From the NCBI GenBank assembly GCA_030647355.1, contig JAUSIS010000008.1:1-49410 (forward strand): DNA of 49,410 nucleotides, given 5' to 3'. Of the stretch, positions 28,386-38,158 are shown one piece after another. Below the pieces are notes generated by a model. It saw only the letters and a program-made list of their open reading frames with translations, ran no database searches and was not told the DNA's origin. This DNA is from a bacterium (GTDB lineage Bacteria > Patescibacteriota > UBA1384 > VFKW01). The position numbers and the translations under genes are program-made. Position 1 is the first letter of the stretch. Each line of letters starts with the position of its first letter.

Positions 28386-28926
28386 ATTGGATTGCGCCTA
28401 ATTTCTCAAACATATATCTAGTGACATAAACCAAATTTAACTTTCCTATCTCTTCCGGTTTGTACCAATTTAGAAAAGCGGACTCCTTATTTTTTACTGG
28501 ATTACCCAGACAATGTACCTTAAAATAATAGTACTCATGAATATTCGCCCCTCGGCGGCATCTATCTCCATCAATATCTTCATGAAGAAATAATTCCATA
28601 TCATCAACTATCATTCCAGTCTCTTCGAAAACCTCTCGTTTAACCGCTGCCTCTGGAGTTTCACCGTATTCAACATGTCCGGCAATATTACCATAGCCAA
28701 ATTCAAAAACTCGTCTTTTGGCAATTAGAAATTTACTGTCTCTTTCAATAACCGCCCCCACGCTCACATGCTTTTCTCTCCCGTCACTATGCATTTTTTG
28801 AATAATTCTTCCGCCCGATTGTATTGCTTGTCCTGATTTTTTTTGACAAGCTGGGCAATAAAAATAAACTTCATTATTTTGAATGATTTCTTTTACGTCA
28901 TTTGTTTTACAATAAATACATTTCAT
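28378..28926 (-). CDS. NUDIX hydrolase with N-terminal Zn ribbon
   Basis: CxxC...CxxC at the N-terminus; Nudix box GHVEYGETPEAAVKREVFEETG. Confidence 0.88.
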   Translation of the reverse strand: MKCIYCKTNDVKEIIQNNEVYFYCPACQKKSGQAIQSGGRIIQKMHSDGREKHVSVGAVIERDSKFLIAKRRVFEFGYGNIAGHVEYGETPEAAVKREVFEETGMIVDDMELFLHEDIDGDRCRRGANIHEYYYFKVHCLGNPVKNKESAFLNWYKPEEIGKLNLVYVTRYMFEKLGAIQYV

Positions 28927-28981
28927 CTTAGCCCTTAATGTCCTTAATATAATAGAGGCGGGAAGCTATCCCGCCCCCCAT

Positions 28982-29980
28982 TTAGATGATACTCTCCACC
29001 ATAGCAACAAAGCCTGCTTGCTGATCCCCAATAAGGACATTGACATAGCTTGCTCTATCCAAGCACCGGTCGCCATTCCATAGGTCGTAGCTAAGGCGCT
29101 CGTCTTTCTGCGCCATTTTTGTACCACGCTTAGTGTACCACCTGTCTAAAGTCTCCAGTTTAGCCGGCATGTTGTAGATAATCATCGGCCTTGCTGGTAA
29201 CTCCTGCTTTTGGCAAACCAATGCTCCCATTACCAGTTCTGCTGTGTCAAGCCCTCCAGGGAGAAACAACTTCTCCCCCGGTTTATGGCTTCTCAATGCC
29301 TCCTCTAGGACCTTGGAAAGAATGAAATGCCATTCCATTGTTACAGGAGATATGAAATGGCATAGCGTCACTTTATGTTCGAACATCGTGCAGTAAAGCT
29401 CGGCTGACTCCTCGGTATTCGGACCCAGCGCGATAACTTCGCAGTCAGTCACATCGTCACAATCCAACCAGCGACGCTCACCGGCCCTGTGAGCCCTTGA
29501 TGTTCCGGGCGGAAAACGGCCGAGTATCCGGGCAAGTGTAGATTTCCCAGTTGCACTCGCTCCTGATAACCCGACAATATCCTTCGCTCGGGATCTCACT
29601 TTTGCCGATGGAGTGGCAAAACATGATTTGCTGATTTCTCTCCATCGTTTGAGTGTTATCTCGTCTCGCCACGGATCATATGGCTGCAAGTGACCACTGG
29701 CAACCCAAAGTTCAGCGTCTCGAGACCGACAGATCAAGATTTGTCTCCCCGACAACTCTTGATCCACAATCTCTTTCGAAGTTGAGAACCGTGTCCTCTC
29801 GCGGGGCATTCTTACAGCAACCACCGGTAAATCGCCGCCAACCATCGGCCGAAAAAGGCAGACATGTCGATCGCCATCTAGGTAGTGGTCTGTTTTGAAT
29901 GTAATATCGGCTCCAAACTGCAGAGCCGTTTCTCCCAGCTTTGTAAGTAGAGGGTACTCTGATTCTTTATGGGTCTGCAA
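28982..29980 (-). CDS. P-loop protein with a divergent guanylate-kinase-like C-terminal half (GC-rich orphan cassette)
   Basis: GLSGASATGKST; IIYNMPAKLETLDRWYTKRG resembles the GK lid region; TTG start with SD ggaggtg; hairpin at 28955-28978. Confidence 0.55.
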   Translation of the reverse strand: MQTHKESEYPLLTKLGETALQFGADITFKTDHYLDGDRHVCLFRPMVGGDLPVVAVRMPRERTRFSTSKEIVDQELSGRQILICRSRDAELWVASGHLQPYDPWRDEITLKRWREISKSCFATPSAKVRSRAKDIVGLSGASATGKSTLARILGRFPPGTSRAHRAGERRWLDCDDVTDCEVIALGPNTEESAELYCTMFEHKVTLCHFISPVTMEWHFILSKVLEEALRSHKPGEKLFLPGGLDTAELVMGALVCQKQELPARPMIIYNMPAKLETLDRWYTKRGTKMAQKDERLSYDLWNGDRCLDRASYVNVLIGDQQAGFVAMVESII

Positions 29981-30175
29981 CTTGTCTCACCTCCCCTTCT
30001 ATTATACCTGTTGCAGTTATAATTAGTATAATTTTACAGGTTCAGTAAAACATTGTAGTTTTGCACTAAAAAATCCCGATCGGACTATATGTTTTGTAAG
30101 TTCTTACAAACGAATCACATCTTGAGAAAATTCTATTTGGTAGATTGGTTACTGCAGAGTTGAGATAATAAACTA

Positions 30176-30204
30176 TTGACAAAGCGGGGCTTGCTTGCTA
30201 CTAT
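30176..30204 (+). promoter_or_regulatory. greA promoter
   Basis: TTGACA-17 nt-TACTAT. Confidence 0.6.
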
Positions 30205-30271
30205 AGGGACATTCATGTAAGCTATTAATATGTCCTATTTGTATGGACAGGTTTTGTTTTTGGAGGTCGTA

Positions 30272-30736
30272 ATGGTAAGTAAAGATATTCTACTAACTCA
30301 AGAAGGTTTAGAAAAGTTGAAAGAAGAATTAGAAAACCTCAAAGAGAAAGATAGAAAAGAAGTAATTAATAGAATTAAAATTGCCAAAGAATTTGGTGAT
30401 TTATCAGAAAACAGTGAATATGAAGATGCTAAAAATGAACAAGCTTTTATCGAAGGGCGCATACAAGATATTGAAGTGATGATTAAACACTCTAAAATTG
30501 TTTCTGGAGTCGCAACCGGTGAGGCTGTGGGCATTGGTAGTACGGTTGAAGTAGTAGTTGACGGCGATAAAGAAACCTACTTTATTGTAGGTCCGACCGA
30601 ATCCGATCCAATATCCGGCAAAATCTCCTCTGAATCCCCAGTTGGCCGCGCTTTAATTGGCGGTAAAAAGGGGGATAAGGTAACAGTGAATACTCCTGAT
30701 GGGGCTGCGGTATATAAAATAAGTTCAATAAAGTAA
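30272..30736 (+). CDS. greA: Transcription elongation factor GreA
   Basis: GDLSENSEYEDAK, ISSESPVGRAL; start at ATG 30272 after SD ggagg. Confidence 0.96.
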   Translation: MVSKDILLTQEGLEKLKEELENLKEKDRKEVINRIKIAKEFGDLSENSEYEDAKNEQAFIEGRIQDIEVMIKHSKIVSGVATGEAVGIGSTVEVVVDGDKETYFIVGPTESDPISGKISSESPVGRALIGGKKGDKVTVNTPDGAAVYKISSIK

Positions 30737-30752
30737 TATTTGAGAAATCTTT

Positions 30753-30786
30753 GAAAAACGATTTGGTTGTCTCCAGGTCGTTTTTC
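30753..30786 (+). terminator. greA terminator
   Basis: gaaaaacgatttgg...ccaggtcgtttttc. Confidence 0.6.
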
Positions 30787-30837
30787 TGTTATGATAAAAT
30801 CAAGTATGAAAAGTTTGCTTCAGGCAAACTGCCATAA

Positions 30838-30872
30838 TTTTGATTTTTACTTTTTGAATTTTGATTTTGCGA
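30838..30872. repeat. Heptamer-periodic repeat (TTTTGAT/TTTTACT/TTTTGAA/TTTTGAT)
   Basis: 7-nt periodic units read directly from the sequence. Confidence 0.6.
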
Positions 30873-30900
30873 CTTTTTGCAAAAGCAAAAAGGAGTCAGT

Positions 30901-32451
30901 ATGTTTTGGGTAGACGAAACCATCAATGAAATATTAAATCGTGCCGACGAAAAATATTTAGTCACTGACTACAAAACGCCTTCTGGAAAAATTCATATTG
31001 GCGCTCTACGTGGCGTGATAATTCATGATGTTATTTCTCGTGGTTTGATTGAAAAAAGTAAACAAGCCGAATTTTGGTATGGGTTTGATGATTTCGACCC
31101 CATTGATGGTTTATCTGATGATTTGAAAAATGATTATGGAAAATTTATGGGCATGCCGCTTTGTAATGTTCAATCTCCAGATAAAGACAAAAACTTTGCT
31201 CAGTATTATGCAAAAAGTTTCATTGATGTTATAAATTTGCTCGGTATTAATGTAAAAATTATTTGGGCTTCTGAAATATATAAAAATGGTACTCATAACA
31301 AAGCAATCGAAATTGTTTTAAATAACGCTGATAAAATCCGTCAAATTTATAAAGATGTTTCCGGCGGCGAAAAACCTAATGATTGGTATCCCTTGCACGT
31401 TGTCTGTCCCAAATGCGGCAAAATCGGTACCACAAAAGTCACAGGATGGGATGGTAAAGAAGTTGAATTTGAATGTCTTGAAAATCTTGTCCAATGGGCT
31501 AAGGGTTGTGGCGAAATAGGAAAAATGTCACCTTTCGATGGTAATGCAAAAATGCCGTACAAAGTTGAAACCGCTGCTAAATGGTTCGCTTTTAATACTT
31601 CTGTCGAATTAGCGGGCAAGGATCACTATACAAAAGGCGGTACTTTTTATGTTGCCCGCGCTGTAGCTGATCAAGTTTTCAAAATTAAGCCAGCTTATGG
31701 TTATGGTTATGAATGGTTTCTAGTCGGCGGCAAAAAAATGAGCACCTCCCGTGGAACGGGTGCTTCCGTAGAAGAAATAGCCGCGATTTTGCGTCCCGAA
31801 ATACTTAGATTTCTTATGGTCAGGACCCGCGCTAAAAGATCCATCGAATTCGATGTTGAAGGCGATACCATATCTCTACTATATGATGAATATGATCGTT
31901 GCTCTGCCGCCTACTTAGAAGATCCGGATTCAGATTTAGGTCGTGCCTACTATTATTCAGAAATTGATCCGACCAAAAAACCAGCTGAATATCTCATGCG
32001 CTTTTCCAAAGTTGCCTTTTTTCTTCAAATGCCTCATGTGGATATATTATCAGAAGCCGAAAAAGAGAAAGGCGCTCCCTTATCATCAAGCGAAAAGCAG
32101 GAAATTCAAAACCGAACACAAGAAGCTACCTTGTGGCTTAAAAAATATGCTCCCGAAGAGGCAAAATTTTCTATTTGTGAGAAATTACCGGATTCAGTAA
32201 AAGAATTTACTAATGAACAAAAAGTATATTTAGAAGCCGTTTTGAAAAAACTAAAGGAACTGGACAATTGGGACGGTAAGGCTATCCATACCGTCTTACA
32301 TGAAGTAAAAAATGAACAAAAACTCCCACCAAAAGACGCCTTCTCGGCGATCTACCGAATTTTTATTGACAAAGATTCCGGTCCCCAAGCCGGCTGGTTC
32401 TTAGCCGCTTTGGATAAGAAGTTTGTAATTAATAGATTAGAAGAGGTATAA
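30901..32451 (+). CDS. lysS: Lysine--tRNA ligase, class I
   Basis: TPSGKIHIG (HIGH-like), CPKCGK, GKDH, KMSTS (KMSKS-like), GPQAGWF; start ATG 30901. Confidence 0.93.
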   Translation: MFWVDETINEILNRADEKYLVTDYKTPSGKIHIGALRGVIIHDVISRGLIEKSKQAEFWYGFDDFDPIDGLSDDLKNDYGKFMGMPLCNVQSPDKDKNFAQYYAKSFIDVINLLGINVKIIWASEIYKNGTHNKAIEIVLNNADKIRQIYKDVSGGEKPNDWYPLHVVCPKCGKIGTTKVTGWDGKEVEFECLENLVQWAKGCGEIGKMSPFDGNAKMPYKVETAAKWFAFNTSVELAGKDHYTKGGTFYVARAVADQVFKIKPAYGYGYEWFLVGGKKMSTSRGTGASVEEIAAILRPEILRFLMVRTRAKRSIEFDVEGDTISLLYDEYDRCSAAYLEDPDSDLGRAYYYSEIDPTKKPAEYLMRFSKVAFFLQMPHVDILSEAEKEKGAPLSSSEKQEIQNRTQEATLWLKKYAPEEAKFSICEKLPDSVKEFTNEQKVYLEAVLKKLKELDNWDGKAIHTVLHEVKNEQKLPPKDAFSAIYRIFIDKDSGPQAGWFLAALDKKFVINRLEEV

Positions 32452-32473
32452 TTATAGAGACGGAGGTACTAAG

Positions 32474-34231
32474 ATGCCAGACTTGCAAAATGAAATACAA
32501 TTTGACGCAGAAGATAAGAAACTAAGCGATATATTGATGGGGGAATATAAATACAAAATTCCCCGATATCAAAGACCTTATTCTTGGACAGAAGATGAAG
32601 TATCCGATCTTTGGAATGATCTTATTAATAACGATGCCTCATTTATCGGGTCTTTTATTTTTAATTATGAATATTTTGGTCGAGATAAAACGGTAGAAAT
32701 TATTGATGGTCAACAAAGAATAATTACTTTCACGATTATTATGGCTGTTATAAGGGATTTTTATAAGCATTTAGATGTAAAGAAAGCAAACCTGACACAA
32801 TCACAGATTATTGTATTCAATGATCCGATAAGTGGAGACCCAATATTTAGATTAAAATGCAGCGAAACTTTAGATAATTTTTTCAGAGAATACGTTCAAG
32901 AATATGATACAAAAATTGAAGAATGTACAACTAAACGAAAAGAAGAAAAAAATGTTGTCTACAACTATTCTTTTTTAAAGAAACAAATCGAGAGTGAGTT
33001 GGAGAATTTAAATGAAAATAGTAAAAAGATACAATTTCTTGACGATCTTAAAAGAAAAATATTCGGCTTAAGAATAATTTGGATCAGAATTGACAGAGAA
33101 GAAGATGCCTATACTATTTTCGAAACCGTAAATGCACGAGGTGAGGCGCTTACTACGGCAGATTTATTAAAGAATTTCTTATTACAGAAAATTCAACCAG
33201 ATAGATTTGACGAGATTGATACTGCAAAAGAGTCCTGGGCAAGTATTGTAAATAATATTGAAAATGCCGATGGCCCATTAACGCTGTCAAAATTTATACG
33301 ATATTATTGGCTTTCGAGGTACTCATTTGTTTCAGAAAAACGACTTTATAAAGAAATAAAAATAAAAATAAGTGATCCAGAGGATTTGTTAAACCATTTA
33401 ATTAAAGCTTCAGAATATTACTACAAAATTGCCAATAGTACTATACCTATTGAAGAATGGAATAATGAATTCCCAGACAGAAGAACAAGTCTTAAAATAT
33501 TCGAATCACTAAAAGGTTTACGGTTGATGAAAATAACACAGTGCTACTCGCTACTTTTTTGTCTACTGATGAACAAAAATAAGATTGGTTTTGACTTTAG
33601 TAATTTATTCAAAGTTATAGAAAAATATCATTTTGCTTATTCTGCAGTGTGTAAATTACCAGGAAATGTTGTTGAGAAATTGTATTATAAAACAGCAAAT
33701 AACATTCAAGAGTCGTTTCAGTTAGATCCACAGAAAAGAAAAGATGTAATAAGAAAAATCCTAGAGGATTTTACCAGAAAATTAAAAGACCAGTACCCAA
33801 GCAAAGAATTGTTTATTGAAAAGTTTATGGACATTGATTACAGAAATCCTACTTTAGTTGTCTATATTTTGGCAAATATTGAAAAATCCAAGAGCAAGAC
33901 AGATGAAATAGATTATTTGAAATATACAAAAATAAACATCGAGCATATTTTGCCCCAGGATCCTAGTGAATGGTCTCTTGCGAAAAATGAAGTAAAAGAT
34001 TATGTAAATATTTTGGGTAACCTGACATTAATTGATAGAAAAATCAATGGGTCAATGCAAAATAAAAAACTAAAAGATAAATTAACTGAATTTAGTAATT
34101 CTAAATTAACAATTAATAAAGAATTGTTAAACAAATTCGAGAAATCAAATTACGCATGGGATGAAAAAGAAATAAAAACATATCAAAAAGAACTTGCGGA
34201 ATATGCGTATAATCTGGTTTGGAAAATTTAA
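32474..34231 (+). CDS. DUF262 + DUF1524 protein (GmrSD-like modification-dependent restriction nuclease)
   Basis: IPRYQRPYSW, IIDGQQR, FETVNARG; C-terminal HNH-like EHILPQ...GNLTL...N; AT-rich. Confidence 0.88.
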   Translation: MPDLQNEIQFDAEDKKLSDILMGEYKYKIPRYQRPYSWTEDEVSDLWNDLINNDASFIGSFIFNYEYFGRDKTVEIIDGQQRIITFTIIMAVIRDFYKHLDVKKANLTQSQIIVFNDPISGDPIFRLKCSETLDNFFREYVQEYDTKIEECTTKRKEEKNVVYNYSFLKKQIESELENLNENSKKIQFLDDLKRKIFGLRIIWIRIDREEDAYTIFETVNARGEALTTADLLKNFLLQKIQPDRFDEIDTAKESWASIVNNIENADGPLTLSKFIRYYWLSRYSFVSEKRLYKEIKIKISDPEDLLNHLIKASEYYYKIANSTIPIEEWNNEFPDRRTSLKIFESLKGLRLMKITQCYSLLFCLLMNKNKIGFDFSNLFKVIEKYHFAYSAVCKLPGNVVEKLYYKTANNIQESFQLDPQKRKDVIRKILEDFTRKLKDQYPSKELFIEKFMDIDYRNPTLVVYILANIEKSKSKTDEIDYLKYTKINIEHILPQDPSEWSLAKNEVKDYVNILGNLTLIDRKINGSMQNKKLKDKLTEFSNSKLTINKELLNKFEKSNYAWDEKEIKTYQKELAEYAYNLVWKI

Positions 34232-34249
34232 TAATAATACGGAGATCTC

Positions 34250-35521
34250 ATGCTTGACATAAAATTTATTCGCGAAAACCCGGAAAAAATAAAAGAAAAT
34301 AGCAAAAACCGCTTGGCTAAAGTAGATGTTGATAAATTGCTTGCTTTAGATGAAAAGCGCCGCCGATTAATTCAAGAAATTGATGAAATGCGAGCCAATA
34401 GAAATGCTAAATCCAAAACCAAACCAACGCCGCAAGTTATTACAGAGATGAAAAAACTAGGCGATGAGATCTCTAAAAAAGAAGCGGAATTCAATAAAAT
34501 TGAACCGGAATACCAAGAGCTTCTCCACGGCGTCCCCAATCTCACCGATCCCGAGGTTAAAGTTTCTCAAAACGAAGACGAAAATGTCGTTTTAGAGCAA
34601 AAATATAAACCGACAAAATTCAATTTTACTCCCTTAGACCATATCCAGTTGGCAGAAAAACTTGACTTAATTGACTTCGATCGGGCAACCAAAGTTACTG
34701 GCGCTAAATTCTACTATTCTAAAAACGAGCTTGTTTTGCTCGATTTAGCTTTAACGCGATTCGCTTTTGATATTGCCATTAAACACGGCTATACACCTTT
34801 TATCACCCCCGATCTAGCCAAACGGGAAATATTGGAAGCAGTCGGGTTCAATCCGCGCGGCGAATCCACCCAAGTTTATAATATAGAAAATAGTGATTTA
34901 AGTTTAATAGCTACCGCCGAAATCACTATGGGCGGCTACCATAAAGATGAAATTATCCCCGCAAAAGAGTTACCGAAAAAATATGTCGCTCTATCGCATT
35001 GTTTTCGCACAGAAGCCGGCTCCTATTCCAAATTTTCCAAAGGCATCTTCCGCGTCCATCAATTCTCCAAAGTAGAACTTTTTCAATACACTCTGCCTGA
35101 AAAATCAAAAGAAGCGCATGACGAACTTCTAAAGATTGAAAAAGAAATCTTTGATAAGCTTAATATTCCTTATAGAGTTATTGATCACTGTACTGCCGAT
35201 CTGGGAACGCCCAGTTATCGCACCTTTGATTTGGAAGCCTGGATGCCCGGCAAACCCAATAAAGATGGCTCGATGGGGGATTGGGCAGAGATCACTTCCA
35301 CTTCCAACTGCACCGACTATCAATCTCGTGCTCTTAATATTAAATATCAAGACGAAAAGGGTCAGAAAGATTATATCCATACCTTAAACGGGACAGCTAT
35401 GGTTATGACTCGTCCGATTATCGCCATTTTAGAAAATTTTCAGCAACCCGATGGAACTGTCAAAATCCCCGACGTTTTAATTCCCTATACTAATTTTGAC
35501 AAGATCATTAAATCTAAATGA
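34250..35521 (+). CDS. serS: Serine--tRNA ligase
   Basis: MLDIKFIREN, LIATAE, FRTEAG, FRVHQFSKVE, EITSTSNCTDYQSR, HTLNGT. Confidence 0.97.
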   Translation: MLDIKFIRENPEKIKENSKNRLAKVDVDKLLALDEKRRRLIQEIDEMRANRNAKSKTKPTPQVITEMKKLGDEISKKEAEFNKIEPEYQELLHGVPNLTDPEVKVSQNEDENVVLEQKYKPTKFNFTPLDHIQLAEKLDLIDFDRATKVTGAKFYYSKNELVLLDLALTRFAFDIAIKHGYTPFITPDLAKREILEAVGFNPRGESTQVYNIENSDLSLIATAEITMGGYHKDEIIPAKELPKKYVALSHCFRTEAGSYSKFSKGIFRVHQFSKVELFQYTLPEKSKEAHDELLKIEKEIFDKLNIPYRVIDHCTADLGTPSYRTFDLEAWMPGKPNKDGSMGDWAEITSTSNCTDYQSRALNIKYQDEKGQKDYIHTLNGTAMVMTRPIIAILENFQQPDGTVKIPDVLIPYTNFDKIIKSK

Positions 35522-37713
35522 AAATAAAATTCTTTTCAAAAATATCGAAACGAAAAAAAATAATCCTACTTATTTTATCTATCTGCTCGATAGGCATCTT
35601 AATAGCCGCACTGTTAGTAAGTGAAAAAAAACAGTACAATGCCGATACTCTACAAACAGATCTTAGTATAAAAGGAATCCACCTATATGGTTCTAATAGT
35701 ACACCAACTGGAACAGATGCAAGAAATGCGTTTCATAAATACGTCTATAGCATTTCCATTCCTGATCAGTTCAACTTTATTGGCGTAGATGGCAATATAT
35801 CTATCTCCTCAAAAACCCGTGTGTATTATCAGGCTCTTGTCTCCATAATGAACTCTTCAATCCCTCCAGATGGTCAGTGCCCTACCCTAAATGGCGATCA
35901 TTTCACCTCATACGATCAGATAAAAACAGTTTACCCGGGCGCTCACATGATTTCTGCCTTTAACATTGCGGCAAATCATCCGGGTAGCGAAGAAACGGAA
36001 ACGGTCACTACAAATACGAAAGTTTCTTTCCCGGTAAAAGTCCCAATTACGGGCTGCGTATTTTTTGTTCTTGATGGAGGAGAGCCGGCATACGCCGAAG
36101 ACCCCGTTACCATGACCAGCAATATGATATTGCGCTATGATACCGCTCCTGCTCCTTCTCCCGCGCCATTTTTTATTCCCCTTGCCGGTGAGTATTATTT
36201 TGGAAGAGATACCGGAACTAATATAGCTAACAAGATAAAGTTGTTCACCTGGGAAGATACATTCGTTTATAATGTTGCCCTTGCCATGAGAAATCCCTAC
36301 TATCCTTATTTAAAATTATTATCACTGACCGGCAATATCACTACCGCGGCCATGACTGGTCGCGCATATGCTCCCCCACCTCCAAGCAATTGGAAGACTA
36401 ATTATGGCTACTACTTATATCAAAAATGTCCGCCTCCTGATAACGGGTTACACGGTCCCGAAGATTATTATAGGGTATTGCCCGCCGATGCAACCCAGCT
36501 TTTGGATGTTACTCACAATCTAACAGGGCTAAGTTCAGAACTTACTCCTATTTCAAAAAATATCAATTCTCTGCTTCTTAAACCCGGCAATTGTTTGATC
36601 AATTTTGTCAGAGCCGAAGAACCTAACGGTAATATTGACAGCCGGCCGCTTACGCAACAAAATACTAACAACCCAAATGGAGGAATGATTACGGATAGTC
36701 AGGTTTGGGCATTAGTCCAGCCAGTTCCCTCTGGCACTTTAATCGGCCGTGTATATATAGACAGTAACGGCAATTCTCGCCGTGATTCAGGGGAAGCTTT
36801 TATTAAAGATCCTTCCGCCAGTTGTGCTAGCAGCACCCCGTTGTCGGGTGTTAATGTGTCTTGGGCAGGACAAGTATCTGGCAGCGCTTTGGTAAATAGA
36901 TGTAACCCGGATCCCTATTATACTTATCCGCTTCCAACCGGCGACTATACTGTAAATTTACAACTTCCTTCCGGTTGGCAGTCGACTTCCCCTAATCCCG
37001 TAAGAATATCTGTCACTAATAATCAGTACTCGAACGCGTGGTTTGGCATTAGGCAAACCCCCACTCCTCCAAAATCTAACCCGAATCCTCCAACTCAAAC
37101 TACCCCCACTCCTCCAAAATCTAATACCACCCCGACTACCAATAATCCAAATTCTCCGTCTCAAATTACGCCTGCTGATTCATCGTCTAAATCTACCATC
37201 AAATTGGTAAGTGTAAAAGTTGTCAATTTAGACGGAAAAACACGATCATTAGAAGAGCCGAATTTAGTTTCTAAAGTTATTAATGGAAAACTGCCGGAAG
37301 TGTCTGAGGGAGAAAAATTGATTATTTCAGGTACGGCTTCTCCTGATGCAAAAATTGTTGCGATTTTAGAATCGCACATTATTGATGACAAAACCCAAAC
37401 TGACCCGAGCGGAAACTGGACCTATACACTTGACCCATCGGTCTTAAATCTGAAAGTTGGAGATAAGAAAGTATCCGGACGCGCAATTGACGCTATAGGG
37501 CAAACCTCGGAAACTATCAGTTTTGCATCGTTTTCCTATAAATCCGCAGGATCGATTTCTGTGTTAGCCATTTTAAAGAAAATTGGGTTTTTTATTATAA
37601 TATTCTATATTACCGTAGGACTCGTCGTTCTTTTAGCAATTTTAATCAACAGATTGGTCAAATTTATTAAAAAGAAAAAACTGTTGCCGCCCAAATCCTT
37701 CAGCAAATTTTAG
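35518..37713 (+). CDS. Cell-surface protein (N-terminal anchor, SdrD-B-like domain, Pro/Thr linker, Ig-like domain, C-terminal TM helix)
   Basis: GRVYIDSNGNSRRDSGE, GDYTVNLQLPSGW, TPTPPKSN x2, SGTA...DPSGNWTY. Confidence 0.7.
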   Translation: MKIKFFSKISKRKKIILLILSICSIGILIAALLVSEKKQYNADTLQTDLSIKGIHLYGSNSTPTGTDARNAFHKYVYSISIPDQFNFIGVDGNISISSKTRVYYQALVSIMNSSIPPDGQCPTLNGDHFTSYDQIKTVYPGAHMISAFNIAANHPGSEETETVTTNTKVSFPVKVPITGCVFFVLDGGEPAYAEDPVTMTSNMILRYDTAPAPSPAPFFIPLAGEYYFGRDTGTNIANKIKLFTWEDTFVYNVALAMRNPYYPYLKLLSLTGNITTAAMTGRAYAPPPPSNWKTNYGYYLYQKCPPPDNGLHGPEDYYRVLPADATQLLDVTHNLTGLSSELTPISKNINSLLLKPGNCLINFVRAEEPNGNIDSRPLTQQNTNNPNGGMITDSQVWALVQPVPSGTLIGRVYIDSNGNSRRDSGEAFIKDPSASCASSTPLSGVNVSWAGQVSGSALVNRCNPDPYYTYPLPTGDYTVNLQLPSGWQSTSPNPVRISVTNNQYSNAWFGIRQTPTPPKSNPNPPTQTTPTPPKSNTTPTTNNPNSPSQITPADSSSKSTIKLVSVKVVNLDGKTRSLEEPNLVSKVINGKLPEVSEGEKLIISGTASPDAKIVAILESHIIDDKTQTDPSGNWTYTLDPSVLNLKVGDKKVSGRAIDAIGQTSETISFASFSYKSAGSISVLAILKKIGFFIIIFYITVGLVVLLAILINRLVKFIKKKKLLPPKSFSKF
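37056..37123 (+). repeat. Intragenic direct repeat encoding TPTPPKSN twice
   Basis: acccccactcctccaaaatctaa occurs twice. Confidence 0.75.
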
Positions 37714-37822
37714 TGCCCCCCACCTAAATATAAAAAAATTACGGTATTTCTTATTGAAAAATCCATTTACTATTATGACAACTATATGACAACATAATTG
37801 TATACTACCCACAGGAGTCTAT

Positions 37823-38158
37823 ATGAATTGCAACTATAAAGTTCGCCATACCAATCTGGATCAAGCGACTTTGGATTATTGTGAAAAACGAATGGCTAGA
37901 ATCAAAAAACTCTTACCGGCGAACTCCTATATGGAAATTGAGTTCATAGATGAATTTGGCAAACGTGGCGGTCTCGACAAACGCGTCCAAGTTGACATCT
38001 CGATGCCGGGAGAAAAGCAAGCTATCCACCTGGAAAATAGCGCTTTGGATTGGAAAAGCTCGATAGATTATCTTCAAAATCGTCTTGAGGAAGATTTACT
38101 TCGCAGAAAAGAAAAACGCATTGATGAGGGTCGCGGTCCTCGCCCGGATAAACTCTAA
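37823..38158 (+). CDS. raiA: Ribosome hibernation factor (HPF/RaiA, short form)
   Basis: 111 aa, S30AE-like pattern (LDYCEKRMARI...SIDYLQNRLEEDL); upstream of secA as is typical. Confidence 0.75.
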   Translation: MNCNYKVRHTNLDQATLDYCEKRMARIKKLLPANSYMEIEFIDEFGKRGGLDKRVQVDISMPGEKQAIHLENSALDWKSSIDYLQNRLEEDLLRRKEKRIDEGRGPRPDKL

